A stretch of 64,000 nucleotides of DNA from Gemmatimonadota bacterium (GTDB taxonomy: Bacteria; Gemmatimonadota; Gemmatimonadetes; Gemmatimonadales; GWC2-71-9), in NCBI GenBank assembly GCA_036679645.1, contig JAZDCY010000013.1:48419-112418 (forward strand), read 5' to 3'. The notes beneath the pieces are model-generated. The model saw nothing but the letters and a program-made list of their open reading frames with translations, was not told where the DNA came from and did no database searches. How positions within the stretch are numbered: the stretch's first letter is position 1; each line of letters begins with the position of its first letter. The position numbers and the translations under genes were made by a program. Below, in pieces: positions 9,656 through 20,804 of this stretch.

Positions 9656-12481
9656 ATGCTTGCTGTTCGTCCAGCACGTGGAACGATAGTCGTCGCAGCG
9701 GCCCTGATCGCGATGGTCCCGGTAGGACGCGGTGTATCTACGTCCCTGTCCGCGCAGGAGCGACCCGGTCAGAACCATTACGCCATCGAGAACGCGCGAC
9801 TCGTTACCGTTTCCGGCCGGGTCATAGACCGCGGCACGATCGTGATCGAGCGCGGGATCATTACCGCCATCGGGACCCGCGTCGAGGTACCCGCGGGTGC
9901 CTGGGTGATCGACGGTTCAGGCCTCACCGTGTATCCGGGGCTCATCGATGCGATGACGACGTTGGGCCTGTCGCGACCGCCCAGCGCACGGGCGCCTGCG
10001 CAACCACGCCAGGGTGCCGCGCGGCCGGGGGGCGGGGGCGGGAGCGCCGGACAGTCACCCAGCACTCCATACTCCCGCGACCCCGCGGATCGGCCGGCCA
10101 CCTACACTTGGGTCAGTGCAGCCGATCAGCTCCAGCCAGACGACGACCAGCTAGCGCGCTGGCGCGCTGCCGGGTTCACGAGCGCAGTCGTCGTGCCCGA
10201 CCGAGGGTTTTTCCCGGGCCATGCCGCGCTGATCGATCTGGCAGGCGAGCGTCCCAACGACATGGTCGTGGCCACACCGGTGGCGCTGCGGGTGAACCTG
10301 CGGGGTGGTCAGGGCCATCGGGGCTATCCGTCCTCATTGATGGGTGCGTTCGCGTACATCAAACAGCTCTTTCTCGACGCAGACCACTACGCCACCGCAT
10401 GGGACATGTACGGCCGTAACCCGCGCGGACTCGAGCGGCCGCACTACGACCGCGCCCTGGCGCCTCTCGCGGCAGTGCGTGCAGGTGCTGAACCGCTCCT
10501 GTTCCCGGCCTCTTCCCTGGCCGAAATCCACCGGGCGCTCAACACGTCTGACGAGATCGGGGCACGACCCATTCTCTACGGCCTGCACGGCGGGTATCAG
10601 GCCGCCGCGCTACTCGCGGAGCGGAATGTCCCGGTCCTCGTGAGCCTGGATTGGCCCAAGGCGCCGCGAGATGGAGACCCGGAAGCGGAGACCTCGCTCG
10701 ACGATCTCAGGCTCCGATTGCTCGCGCCGACCACGCCGGCGGCACTCCATGACGCAGGTGTCGCGTTCGCGTTCTACTCCGACAGCATCGACGATCCGTC
10801 GGACGTGATCGCCGGCGCGCGCATGGCGGTGGAAGCGGGGCTCGACCATGATCTCGCGGTGCGCGCCATGACGCTTTCCGCCGCCGAGTTGTTTGGTGTG
10901 GCCGATCGAACAGGGAGCCTCGAGGAAGGCAAGCTCGCGAACCTCGTGGTGACCGACGGTGATCTGCTGGCCGAGAGTACCAAGGTACGCATCGTATTCG
11001 TGGACGGACGCCGATTCGAGCCCGATACCAATGCCGCTGGACCCGACCGCATGGCGCGCGGCGGTGCCGCCAGCTCACCGCGACGCGGACGGCGCGCCCC
11101 CGCCCCTGCCCCCGCCCCGGACGGGGCCGGAGCGGACCGGGATTCCACGGCAGCATCGCGGCCGTCGGACTCGGAGTTGCGGTCGCGCATCGGCCCCTCA
11201 TATCGTGGCCCGTACCGCGACGATCGCGTAACCGTTATCCAACATGCGACTATTCTTACCGTCACGAACGGAACGATCGAGAACGGATCGATACTGATTC
11301 GCGATGGCCGGATTGCGGATGTCGGTGCAGACATCTCGATCCCACGCGGCGCTCACGTGATAGATGCTTCCGGTCAGTATGTGATGCCCGGCATCGTCGA
11401 CGCCCATTCGCATATCGCCGGGGGAAGCAACGAAGGCAGCGTGTCCGTCTCGGCGATGGTCGGCATTCGTGACGTCATCAACCCCGACGACATCAACATC
11501 TACCGGGCACTTGCGGGCGGTGTCACCACGGTGAACGTGCTGCACGGTAGTGCGAATCCGATCGGCGGGCAAAACGTCGTGCTCAAGCTGCGCTGGGGCG
11601 CCGATGCCAGTGGGCTGGTCCTCGACGGAGCGGCACCGGGCATCAAGTTCGCCCTGGGCGAGAATCCCAAGCGCGACCGGAACCCCGACCGCTACCCCGC
11701 CACCCGCATGGGCGTGATGGACGTGATCCGCAGCGCGTTCGTCGAGGCGCGGGAGTACCAGGCCACCTGGGATCGGTACCGTGATAACGGAGAGCGCGGC
11801 ATCCCGCCCCGGCGCGACCTCAAGCTCGAGGCATTGGCTGAGATCCTGCGAGGCGAGCGGCTGGTGCACGCCCACTCGTATCGTGCCGACGAGATTCTGC
11901 AACTCATGCGCCTGGCCGAGGAGTTTGGCGTCCGTATCGCGACGTTCCAACACGTGCTCGAGGGATACAAGGTGGCCGATGAGCTCGCCGCACACGGAGC
12001 CGGCGCTTCCACTTTCTCGGATTGGTGGGCCTACAAGATCGAGGCGTACGACGCCATTCCATATAACGCGGCTCTCATGACCGAGCGGGGCGTCACGGTC
12101 TCGATCAACTCGGACAGCCCGGAAGAGATGCGGCATCTGAACGAGGAAGCGGCCAAGAGCGTCAAGTGGGGTGGTCTCTCTGAGGCCCAGGCCCTGTCAC
12201 TCATCACGATCAACCCGGCTCGCCAGCTTGGCGTTGACGATCGCATCGGGTCGATCGAGGTCGGAAAAGACGCGGACCTCGTCATTTACGATCGGCACCC
12301 GTTCGACACATTTGCTGTCGTGCAGAAGACGTTCGTCGACGGCAAGATATACTTCGACATAGACGGAGACCGCGAGCGCCAGCGCGCCATCGAAGAGGAA
12401 AAGGACACGCTCACCGAGGGCCGGCATCCGCAGGAGCCCCCTGTGACCACCGATGCAGCGGCCCCGGAGGTGATCAAGTGA
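9656..12481 (+). CDS. Secreted double-domain amidohydrolase family protein
   Basis: Two amidohydrolase modules; the second has DAHSH, KFALGENPK, HAH, QH and NSD ligands, the first lacks HxH; start at the ATG after GGAGG/GGAG. Confidence 0.85.
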   Translation: MLAVRPARGTIVVAAALIAMVPVGRGVSTSLSAQERPGQNHYAIENARLVTVSGRVIDRGTIVIERGIITAIGTRVEVPAGAWVIDGSGLTVYPGLIDAMTTLGLSRPPSARAPAQPRQGAARPGGGGGSAGQSPSTPYSRDPADRPATYTWVSAADQLQPDDDQLARWRAAGFTSAVVVPDRGFFPGHAALIDLAGERPNDMVVATPVALRVNLRGGQGHRGYPSSLMGAFAYIKQLFLDADHYATAWDMYGRNPRGLERPHYDRALAPLAAVRAGAEPLLFPASSLAEIHRALNTSDEIGARPILYGLHGGYQAAALLAERNVPVLVSLDWPKAPRDGDPEAETSLDDLRLRLLAPTTPAALHDAGVAFAFYSDSIDDPSDVIAGARMAVEAGLDHDLAVRAMTLSAAELFGVADRTGSLEEGKLANLVVTDGDLLAESTKVRIVFVDGRRFEPDTNAAGPDRMARGGAASSPRRGRRAPAPAPAPDGAGADRDSTAASRPSDSELRSRIGPSYRGPYRDDRVTVIQHATILTVTNGTIENGSILIRDGRIADVGADISIPRGAHVIDASGQYVMPGIVDAHSHIAGGSNEGSVSVSAMVGIRDVINPDDINIYRALAGGVTTVNVLHGSANPIGGQNVVLKLRWGADASGLVLDGAAPGIKFALGENPKRDRNPDRYPATRMGVMDVIRSAFVEAREYQATWDRYRDNGERGIPPRRDLKLEALAEILRGERLVHAHSYRADEILQLMRLAEEFGVRIATFQHVLEGYKVADELAAHGAGASTFSDWWAYKIEAYDAIPYNAALMTERGVTVSINSDSPEEMRHLNEEAAKSVKWGGLSEAQALSLITINPARQLGVDDRIGSIEVGKDADLVIYDRHPFDTFAVVQKTFVDGKIYFDIDGDRERQRAIEEEKDTLTEGRHPQEPPVTTDAAAPEVIK

Positions 12482-13788
12482 GCGCACGCACAATGATGTC
12501 AACCTGGACGCTGCTCGGTCTGCTCGTTGCCACGTCCGTACCGGCCAGAGCGCAGGATAACGAGACCTACGCCATCCAAGGTGGGACCGTGCATACCCTC
12601 GTGGGTGACCCAATCGAGAACGGTACGGTGATCGTCACCGCTGGCCGGATCACGGCTGTCGGACCCGACATACAAATCCCATCCGGCGCCACCGTGATCG
12701 ACGCGTCGGGCCGGCATGTTTATCCCGGGCTTTTCAACGCGTTCAGCCAGCTCGGCTTGCAGGAGATCAACGCCGTCGACGTCACCAACGACATGCGCGA
12801 GTTGGGGAGCTTCAACCCGCAACTCACGGCCGCTACCGCCATCCACCCGGCGAGCGAGCGGATTCCGGTCACGCGCGCAAACGGGATTACGCACGTCGTA
12901 TCCGCGCCCTCCACAGGCGCCGGTGGTATCGCGGGCCGTGCATCTGCCATTCACCTCGACGGCTGGACGATCGAAGACATGCTCATCGAGCCGGCCGTTG
13001 GCCTCGTGATCAACTGGCCCTCGATGCAGACTCGCCGGTTCAACCGTCAAACGTTCCGTGTCGAGAACCGTTCTTTCCGGGAGGTCCGGGAACAGTACGA
13101 GGAGGCGGTATCACAACTCGCCGATTGGCTCGAGGACGCCCGCGTCTACCGCCATGCGATGGAAGGTGGTGGAACTCCAGCGCGCGACCTGAAACTCGAG
13201 GCGTTGAGCACGGTCCTCACCGGAGCACTCCCGGTACTCGTCCTCGCCGACGAAGCGCGGGACATTCGTAACGCCGTGGCCTTCGCGGAGACAAACGGGC
13301 TGCGCATGATACTCGTGGGCGGCCGGGACGCCTGGAAAGAGACGGCGCTTCTCGTGGAGCACGACGTGCCCGTGCTCCTGCGGGCGACACAGAACCTGCC
13401 GCCTCAGCGAGACGACCCGTATTCTCGCGCGTTCAGCACACCGGCCTTGCTTTCGCAGGCGGGCGTCCGCTACGCGATCACCGGCTGGGCATCGTCGGGA
13501 CCCAACCCGCCCTCGCGGACGCTGCCGTACGAGGCTGCCAACGCAGTGAAGTTTGGTCTGTCCGCGGACGAAGCACTGAGAGCGATCACACGCTATCCTG
13601 CCGAGATTCTCGGACTCGGAGACGACCTCGGTACGATTCAGGATGGCAAGATCGGCAATCTCATTGTGACCGACGGAGACCCACTCCAGATCCGCACGCA
13701 GATCCTCCACGTGTTCGTCAACGGGCGACCTGTGGATCTGGACAACAAGCACCGAGCGCTCTACGAGCGCTACCGCGCAAGAGACTAG
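12478..13788 (+). CDS. Secreted amidohydrolase-fold protein (metal ligands degenerate)
   Basis: Signal peptide, VIDASGRHVYPG, GTIQDGKIGNLIV; no HxH; overlaps the upstream stop. Confidence 0.85.
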   Translation: MSARTMMSTWTLLGLLVATSVPARAQDNETYAIQGGTVHTLVGDPIENGTVIVTAGRITAVGPDIQIPSGATVIDASGRHVYPGLFNAFSQLGLQEINAVDVTNDMRELGSFNPQLTAATAIHPASERIPVTRANGITHVVSAPSTGAGGIAGRASAIHLDGWTIEDMLIEPAVGLVINWPSMQTRRFNRQTFRVENRSFREVREQYEEAVSQLADWLEDARVYRHAMEGGGTPARDLKLEALSTVLTGALPVLVLADEARDIRNAVAFAETNGLRMILVGGRDAWKETALLVEHDVPVLLRATQNLPPQRDDPYSRAFSTPALLSQAGVRYAITGWASSGPNPPSRTLPYEAANAVKFGLSADEALRAITRYPAEILGLGDDLGTIQDGKIGNLIVTDGDPLQIRTQILHVFVNGRPVDLDNKHRALYERYRARD

Positions 13789-13795
13789 TCGCTTC

Positions 13796-15700
13796 GTGGG
13801 GCGCTCAGTCCTCCTCTCGGCGCTCGCGCTTGGCGTGGTCGCATGCGGTGACGGCATCAACGACGCGCCCCCGCGAGAGGACGTCGAGGTTGCCATCGAC
13901 CTCAGCCAGATTCCCAACGTGACGACCCTCATCGTCGAGGTCGAGGCGGCGGATATTTCCGCGCCGCTCGTCTTCGACCTCACGGTGCGTAGCGGCACCG
14001 CGACGGGCACCATCGCCGTGCCCGTCGGACGCGACCGCACCATCACCGTCCGCGCCTTTGATGCCGACGGCCGCGAGACCCACCGCGGGAGCGCCACGGT
14101 CGACGTTATCGCCGGCACGACACCCCTCGTTACCATCCCGCTCACTCCTCTCGCCGGTGGGCCGATCGACTTCGACACCGTCACCATCGTTATCGTCCCA
14201 GAGGACGGCACGCTTCTCATCGGCGAATCGCTGCAACTTGGGGGAGCCGTGTTGACGATATCGGGCGACACGTTGTCCGACCCCCTCATCTGGTCTACGC
14301 CAGACTCTGCCGTGGCGGTCGTCGATACCGCAGGAATCGTGACCGGCGTGGGCCCGGGGGACGCGCGTATCTTCGCGACGTTCGGCGAGAAGACGAGTAC
14401 CGCGAACATCAGGGTCATGAACGCGGTCGCGACTGTCTCACCGACCGGCAACGCCCTCGTGTTCGGACTTCAGGTCGATGTGATACCTGAGGCGGCTATA
14501 GCAGTCGAGTACTGGACCGGAACCGAACCTCACCTCACCGTCGAGAGCCCCTCGGCAACCAGTCACCCACTGTTGCTCGCACGCCTGCTGTCGAGCACGA
14601 CATACGAGTACGCCGTGACCCTCACGGCGGGGACACGCGGTTCGCCAACGTTACTGACGGGGACGTTTACGACCGACACGCTGCCGGACGACCTCGAGGC
14701 GGTAAGGCTGACCTCGACCGGCGCATCGACCGCACAATTGGTGATGTTGGAACTGCGTATCCCCACGTTTCAGGGATTTGTCGCGGTCGATGCCATCGGC
14801 CGAGTGGTATGGTATCATCGAACCGGCGGCTCGTCTTGGGGCTGGACCAGGCGGGCGAACGGAAACTTCGTCTTTCTCGACACGCGCGATGGACTCACCG
14901 AGGTGACGCCGACCGGCGACGTCGTGGCGAACCTCACACGCGCCGGTGGGGAGGTGATCCATCACGACGTGATCGCCACGCCGGACAACACGCTCTACTT
15001 CATGACACGCCATTCGCAGGTCGCCGACGATGGCAAGACGTGGGTGGGGGAACGGATCTGGGAGTGGAACCCCGACTCCGGAGACCTCGAGATACGATGG
15101 AACGCGTTCGATTTTTTTTCGCCAGTGACCGATGCCGGGCCGTTGAGCAAACTCTCCGACTGGCTCCACGCCAACTCGCTGAACATCGGTGCATCGGGTA
15201 ACGTGCTCGTATCCAGCCCGTTTCTGAATCAAGTGATTGCACTCACGCCCGATTTCTCGACCATTGCATGGCGGCTGGGTGGGCCCAATGCGACATTCGT
15301 TCCCGATTCCCTCGCCACCTTTGCCTTTCAGCACTCGGCCTCCGAGGTAGCACCGGGACGGGTGCTCCTGTTCGACAATCGCGGCGGCCCCACCACCGCA
15401 GCGCCCTACTCACGCGCGCTCGAGTTGTCGCTCGGGCGCGGCATAGCCCAAGCGGGGTGGTCGTTTCGCGCACCGAACGACAACTACGCAGCGATCATCA
15501 GCTCGGCGCGCCGGATGGCCAACGGTCACACGATGGTCGCCTTTGGACCCGGCCCTGGCTTGCGCGGGTCGATAGGCCCAATCGAGGTCTACGAGGTCAT
15601 GCGTGATGGGACGATCCAGTGGCATCTGGTCGTGACCGGTCCCAACCACATGTACCGGGCGACGCCGTTCGATGATATTGCGGGAGAACGAGAGAAGTAG
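13796..15700 (+). CDS. Arylsulfotransferase (ASST) lipoprotein with Ig-like domains
   Basis: Lipobox VVAC, Big_2-like WSTPDSAVAVVD..G.VTG, ASST motifs HHD, DWLHANS, FQH and LLFDN. Confidence 0.8.
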   Translation: MGRSVLLSALALGVVACGDGINDAPPREDVEVAIDLSQIPNVTTLIVEVEAADISAPLVFDLTVRSGTATGTIAVPVGRDRTITVRAFDADGRETHRGSATVDVIAGTTPLVTIPLTPLAGGPIDFDTVTIVIVPEDGTLLIGESLQLGGAVLTISGDTLSDPLIWSTPDSAVAVVDTAGIVTGVGPGDARIFATFGEKTSTANIRVMNAVATVSPTGNALVFGLQVDVIPEAAIAVEYWTGTEPHLTVESPSATSHPLLLARLLSSTTYEYAVTLTAGTRGSPTLLTGTFTTDTLPDDLEAVRLTSTGASTAQLVMLELRIPTFQGFVAVDAIGRVVWYHRTGGSSWGWTRRANGNFVFLDTRDGLTEVTPTGDVVANLTRAGGEVIHHDVIATPDNTLYFMTRHSQVADDGKTWVGERIWEWNPDSGDLEIRWNAFDFFSPVTDAGPLSKLSDWLHANSLNIGASGNVLVSSPFLNQVIALTPDFSTIAWRLGGPNATFVPDSLATFAFQHSASEVAPGRVLLFDNRGGPTTAAPYSRALELSLGRGIAQAGWSFRAPNDNYAAIISSARRMANGHTMVAFGPGPGLRGSIGPIEVYEVMRDGTIQWHLVVTGPNHMYRATPFDDIAGEREK

Positions 15701-15885
15701 AGCGGATCGATTACTTGATGTGATTGGTGGTTTGGTGGACGGTGACCTCGCGCGCGCATGATGAGACCACGGTCGTCGCTAGGGTAGACTCGGTGCTCAC
15801 GAGGCGCCAGCGCGCTGGCGCCGACCGCGCGAGCGGACTAGCTTAGCGCGCCAACTCATCTCGTGGTACGCACCCACCCCGTTCG

Positions 15886-18800
15886 ATGGAGGTTGTCTCC
15901 GTGAGCCGCGCGCCCTGCCTCTGGAAGCCTTGGACCACGAGCGTGATTGGGGTCGCACTCCTGGTCGTCGCCGTGAGCGCTACCGCGCAGCAGATAGACA
16001 CGACCGCCTACGCCGGTCTGCAATACCGCTTCATAGGTCCGCCTGGCAATCGCGTGAGCGCGGTGGCGGGTGAACCGGGGAACGCAATGGTCGCGTATGT
16101 CGGCGCGGCGTCCGGAGGTGTGTTCAAGACCGACAATGGCGGCGTGAGCTGGCGGCCGGTCTTTGACGATCAGCCCGCCCAATCCATTGGCGCGTTGGCG
16201 GTATCGCTCTCGGAGCCGAACGTCGTGTGGGCCGGTACGGGTGAGACCTTCGTCATTCGATCGATGACGACCATTGGGAACGGCATCTACAGGTCGACCG
16301 ATGCCGGGCAGACATGGACGCACATGGGCCTCGAGCACAGCGGCCGGATCGGTCGCATCGTGATCCACCCCACCAACGCGGACATCGTCTTCGCCTGCGC
16401 GATGGGACACTCATTCGGGCCACAGGAGGAGCGCGGCATCTTCAAGACGACCGATGGCGGGACGACCTGGGAACGCGCGTTGTTCGTCGATGCGAACACG
16501 GGATGCGCCGACATCGCGATGGACCCCAACAATCCGCGCGTGCTCTTTGCCGGGATGTGGCAGCTCGAGATCAATACGTGGAACCTGAACAGCGGCGGTC
16601 CCGGCAGTGGCGTCTACGTCTCACGCGACGGCGGCGGGACGTGGGAGCGGTTGGCCGGGCACGGCCTGCCGGCAGCGGATCACCCGGTGGGGAAGATCGC
16701 GGTGGCGGTCGCTGCGAGTAACTCGAACCGCGTCTATGCGCTGATCGAGGACTCGGATCCCGCGTTTTACCGCTCAGACGACGGCGGTCGGACGTGGCGG
16801 CTCGTGAGCCACAATCACACCATGGCCGAGCGTGCGCCGTATTACGTACGCTTCGCCGTGGATCCGGATGACGAGAACCGGATCTACTTCGCATCCGTAC
16901 GATTCAGCCTGTCACGCGACGGCGGGAAGACACTTGCTGACGACCCGCCCCGGGGTGGAGGCGACAACCATGACCTATGGATCGATCCCACCAACGGTGA
17001 CCGGTTCATGGTGGGTCATGATGGCGGCGCGAGCATCACGCTCGACCACGGCCGGTCGTTCCAGCGCGTTGTCCTGCCGATTGCCCAGATGTACCATGCC
17101 CACCCCGACACCAAGATCCCGTACGACGTCTATGGCAACCGACAGGACAACGGGTCGTACGTGATGCCGAGCAACAGCCGCGCGCGTGGCATTCCGCCCG
17201 GGTTATGGCACTCGGTGGGTGGGTGCGAGAGCGGTTTCGGTTTGCCAGATACGGTCACCAACAACATCGTCTGGTCCGGCTGCTACGACGGCGGGCTTCA
17301 AGTCTACGATGCCACGACCGGACAGGCTCGCGACGTGCGCATATGGCCTGAGGGAGGATACGGCTGGCCGCCGGTGGACGTGCGGTACCGCTGGAATTGG
17401 ACGTTCCCCCTCGCGATCTCGCCGCACGACCACAACAAGGTGTACGCTGGCAGCCAGGTCGTGCACATGACCACCGACGGCGGGAGCAGCTGGACGGTGA
17501 TCAGTCCCGACCTCACGCGGAACGACACCACCCATCAACAGACCTCGGGCGGGGTCGGCGTCGATAACCTGATGACCTTCGACGGCGCCACGTTGCTCGC
17601 CATCGCAGAATCACCGCTGGAAGAGGGACTCCTCTGGGTAGGCAGTAACGATGGGTTGGTGCAACTTACGCGGGATGGCGGTGAGACGTGGACCAACGTC
17701 ACGTCGAACATCCGCCATCTTCCGGGGTGGGGGAAGATCAAGAACATCGAGCCGTCCCATTTCGATCCGGGCGCCGCGTACGTGGCCGTCGATTTCCACG
17801 AGATGGCCGACTTCGAGCCCTATATCTACAAGACGGAGGACTACGGCAGAAGCTGGCGCCGCATCGATGCCGGACTGCCACGGCATCCACTGGGTTTTGT
17901 GCACGTCGTGACGGAAGACCCCACACGACGCGGAATGCTGTATGCGGGGACCGAAAGCGATCTCTACTTCACGCTGGACGAGGGAGCACACTGGCAGCCG
18001 CTGCAGTTGAACCTGCCACACGCACCGGTGTCCTGGATCGCCGTGCAAGCGCATTTCCGCGATCTCGTCGTAAGCACGTACGGCCGCGGTGTATACATCC
18101 TGGACGATCTGACACCGCTTCGAGCATTGGCAACGGAGGTAATGGAGACACCAGTAACGTTCTTTACGCCGCGTGATGCCTACCGCTTCCGCCGGGTACA
18201 CGGTACCGCGAGCACAGGTGGATTCGTTCGCGGCCAGAATCCGCGTTACGGTGCTGACTTGAACTACTACTTGCAGGATTCGACGGTCACCGACAAGGTC
18301 GAGCTCACGGTGCTCGACGCAGCGGGTGATACGATCCGCACGTTCGATGGTACGACTAAGGCGGGGATCAACCGCGTGTGGTGGGACCTGCGCTACGAGC
18401 CGGCACGAAGAGCCGTGCTGCGGACACGACCCCCGGACGCCTCCTGGGTGCATCTCGACGATGATGGTACGCGACGACTCGTGAGTTGGGACCTGGACCT
18501 CTCCCAACGGGGGCCGTTAGCACCTCCCGGCACCTACACCGTACTACTCGACGTTGAGGACACGACATTCAGCCAGCCACTCACGGTGCTCAAGGATCCG
18601 CACTCCACCGGTACCTTGGACGACATAGATGCCCAGATAATCTTGGCCCTCGAGCTACGCGACGATCTCGACACGACAGTCGCAATGATCAACCGGACGG
18701 AGTGGGTACGGAAACAACTGGGTGACCTGGTCACGCAACTCGAGAGTGATCCCGCCCGGGCGGGCGACGAGACAGACTCCTTGGTGGAAGCGGCGCACGC

Positions 18801-19110
18801 ATTGGACGAGGCCGTGATCGCGGTGCAAGGGCAACTGTTCGACGTACATCTTACCGGTGCCAGGGAAGACTCCTTCCGCAACCCAATGCGGCTATTCGGA
18901 CACCTCTCGGCGTTGCTGAGTGATGTTGCGGAAAGCAGCGCAGACTTCGCGCCGACGTCACAACAGCGCGAAGTACATGACGTGCTGCGAGCGCGGCTGA
19001 TGGACGCCGCGGCGGCGTACACACGTTTGCTTCAACGGGACGTTGCGGCGTTCAAGGAGCGACTCCGGGTAGCAGATCTGGCGGACGTCATCTCCATGCG
19101 CTACCGGTGA
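15886..19110 (+). CDS. VPS10/sortilin-like BNR-repeat beta-propeller (glycosyl hydrolase-like)
   Basis: Many S/TxDGGxTW Asp-box repeats; RFIGP..NRV N-terminus; helical C-terminus. Confidence 0.85.
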   Translation: MEVVSVSRAPCLWKPWTTSVIGVALLVVAVSATAQQIDTTAYAGLQYRFIGPPGNRVSAVAGEPGNAMVAYVGAASGGVFKTDNGGVSWRPVFDDQPAQSIGALAVSLSEPNVVWAGTGETFVIRSMTTIGNGIYRSTDAGQTWTHMGLEHSGRIGRIVIHPTNADIVFACAMGHSFGPQEERGIFKTTDGGTTWERALFVDANTGCADIAMDPNNPRVLFAGMWQLEINTWNLNSGGPGSGVYVSRDGGGTWERLAGHGLPAADHPVGKIAVAVAASNSNRVYALIEDSDPAFYRSDDGGRTWRLVSHNHTMAERAPYYVRFAVDPDDENRIYFASVRFSLSRDGGKTLADDPPRGGGDNHDLWIDPTNGDRFMVGHDGGASITLDHGRSFQRVVLPIAQMYHAHPDTKIPYDVYGNRQDNGSYVMPSNSRARGIPPGLWHSVGGCESGFGLPDTVTNNIVWSGCYDGGLQVYDATTGQARDVRIWPEGGYGWPPVDVRYRWNWTFPLAISPHDHNKVYAGSQVVHMTTDGGSSWTVISPDLTRNDTTHQQTSGGVGVDNLMTFDGATLLAIAESPLEEGLLWVGSNDGLVQLTRDGGETWTNVTSNIRHLPGWGKIKNIEPSHFDPGAAYVAVDFHEMADFEPYIYKTEDYGRSWRRIDAGLPRHPLGFVHVVTEDPTRRGMLYAGTESDLYFTLDEGAHWQPLQLNLPHAPVSWIAVQAHFRDLVVSTYGRGVYILDDLTPLRALATEVMETPVTFFTPRDAYRFRRVHGTASTGGFVRGQNPRYGADLNYYLQDSTVTDKVELTVLDAAGDTIRTFDGTTKAGINRVWWDLRYEPARRAVLRTRPPDASWVHLDDDGTRRLVSWDLDLSQRGPLAPPGTYTVLLDVEDTTFSQPLTVLKDPHSTGTLDDIDAQIILALELRDDLDTTVAMINRTEWVRKQLGDLVTQLESDPARAGDETDSLVEAAHALDEAVIAVQGQLFDVHLTGAREDSFRNPMRLFGHLSALLSDVAESSADFAPTSQQREVHDVLRARLMDAAAAYTRLLQRDVAAFKERLRVADLADVISMRYR

Positions 19111-19112
19111 CG

Positions 19113-20804
19113 CTATTGGTTGGCTGACTCGCAGAAGGTGGGTGGCTCGTATGTCCAGCCGCGACGTAGCCGACGCTCCTCACGGCGCATCTTGAACCGC
19201 ACGTACCGTCCGGCGACGGAGCTGGCAATTCTCGCGCGGAGACCGAATTCCCGCTGAAGCTCCTTCAAGATGCCGCCAATCTTCTGTTTGAGCTGTGGAT
19301 CGTGACGAAACCGCTTCTTCGCCGCCCAGAGCAGTGCGGCCATGCCCCCGGGCAGATCACGGGCCTCCCACCGAATCCGACTCCTGATGCGCAAGTCGGG
19401 ATGAAACTTGTAGCGCTTCCATCCTTGCAGCATTGTCCGCGCCACCCGCACGATGCTTGGACCGTTGATCGCGAAGTCCTTGTTGAAGGCTTTCAGCAGG
19501 AAGGATTCCTCCTCGCCGGGTTCGAAGTGAGGATGTTTGTGCGCGAATCGATGCTGTCCGTGTCGATCGGCATCTGGACACTCGTCCCGATCGAGCAACG
19601 TGCCGTTACGCATGTGCTCCTCGTAGAGCGGCGTCCCCGCAACCGGCGTGTACAGCATGAACTGATGGAACTCCGTATCGTGACTCACCGCGTAGTCGAT
19701 CACGGCGTCCATGTTTTCCGGCGTGTGATCCTCGAGACCGATGATCGTCGATCCCAACACGCGAACGCCGTGCGACTGAAGCGTGCGTACCAGCTCGTGC
19801 GTGTCTGTGCCGCTGAGCTTGCGGTAGGAGGCGTGTTCCCCCTCGAGTCCCAACCAGACCCACGAGACGCCCAAGGCAACGAGCTGCTCGATCGTGTACT
19901 GGCGCAGAACATTGGCAGAACTGAACACGTACAGCGCCCAGGGTTTGTCGTGCTCGACCATCAGTTCCAGCAACCGGAGCGCTCGTTTCTTGTGTAAGAG
20001 GAAGTTCTCGTCCATCACGAAGAACGACTTGACCTGGAGCGCGTCCGCCAGCTCGCACATCACCTCGAACAGCTCGTCTCCCGTCTCGTAGAAGTGGACG
20101 AACTTGCCCTTCCCGCCAAACATCGCCGAGGTTGCACAGAAGTTGCAGCCTATGGGACACCCAACCGACGGAATCAGCGTGGCCGCCGTGTCGCCGGGCT
20201 TCCCCGACAGCGTGATGCCCATCACCCGCCCCCCGATCCCCGACCGGATGTGCGGGTGGTGTATGGGCCGGTGCTCGTCCTCACCGAGGAAACGACGCAT
20301 CCAGCGCACCCCCTCCCCCGTCACGATATGGTCCGCATCGATCTCGTCGGCGAGGTTGGGAATATTCGCCACGTGGCCGCCCACCACGATCGTGGCCTCC
20401 GGAAGGTGCTCGCGCACCAGCTCGCACATCTTCCGTACCTTACCCACGTTCGGCTGGATCGCCGAGATCCCCACGATGTCGTACCGCTTGGTGCTGATCT
20501 CGTGGACGAACCGATCCAGCGAAGGGAAGTCGAGCAACGTGGACGGGGCCTCGAGGTTGGCCTGAATCAGCATCAAGCCCCAGGACCGGTGAAACATCCG
20601 CAGCGAGAACGCGCCCTGCACGCGCGAAACCTGATTGTGATACAACTCCATCGGGTTCACGGCCCTGCTGCCGTATGCATCGTCCTGGGCGTACGGGCCA
20701 AACACGCTGGTCAGGAGTACACGGGGACGCCCGTTGCTGATGTCTGAGGCTGACAAACTGTGTGCGTGCCTTTCTTCTTCGGCGCATCTTCCGGTAACAG
20801 GCAC
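19113..20804 (-). CDS. B12-binding radical SAM protein
   Basis: B12-binding region (DIVGIS, IVVGGH, GEG), CPIGCNFC, MDENF and TPVAGTPL motifs. Confidence 0.88.
   Translation of the reverse strand: MPVTGRCAEEERHAHSLSASDISNGRPRVLLTSVFGPYAQDDAYGSRAVNPMELYHNQVSRVQGAFSLRMFHRSWGLMLIQANLEAPSTLLDFPSLDRFVHEISTKRYDIVGISAIQPNVGKVRKMCELVREHLPEATIVVGGHVANIPNLADEIDADHIVTGEGVRWMRRFLGEDEHRPIHHPHIRSGIGGRVMGITLSGKPGDTAATLIPSVGCPIGCNFCATSAMFGGKGKFVHFYETGDELFEVMCELADALQVKSFFVMDENFLLHKKRALRLLELMVEHDKPWALYVFSSANVLRQYTIEQLVALGVSWVWLGLEGEHASYRKLSGTDTHELVRTLQSHGVRVLGSTIIGLEDHTPENMDAVIDYAVSHDTEFHQFMLYTPVAGTPLYEEHMRNGTLLDRDECPDADRHGQHRFAHKHPHFEPGEEESFLLKAFNKDFAINGPSIVRVARTMLQGWKRYKFHPDLRIRSRIRWEARDLPGGMAALLWAAKKRFRHDPQLKQKIGGILKELQREFGLRARIASSVAGRYVRFKMRREERRLRRGWTYEPPTFCESANQ

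Noticed and set aside
8326..14451. Long alternative ORFs (8326-9615, 8908-10419, 13111-14451; similarly 25020-26261 and 34357-35403)
   Set aside because: Shadow frames of well-supported genes in high-GC DNA, with no motifs and Arg/Ala/Ser-rich composition.
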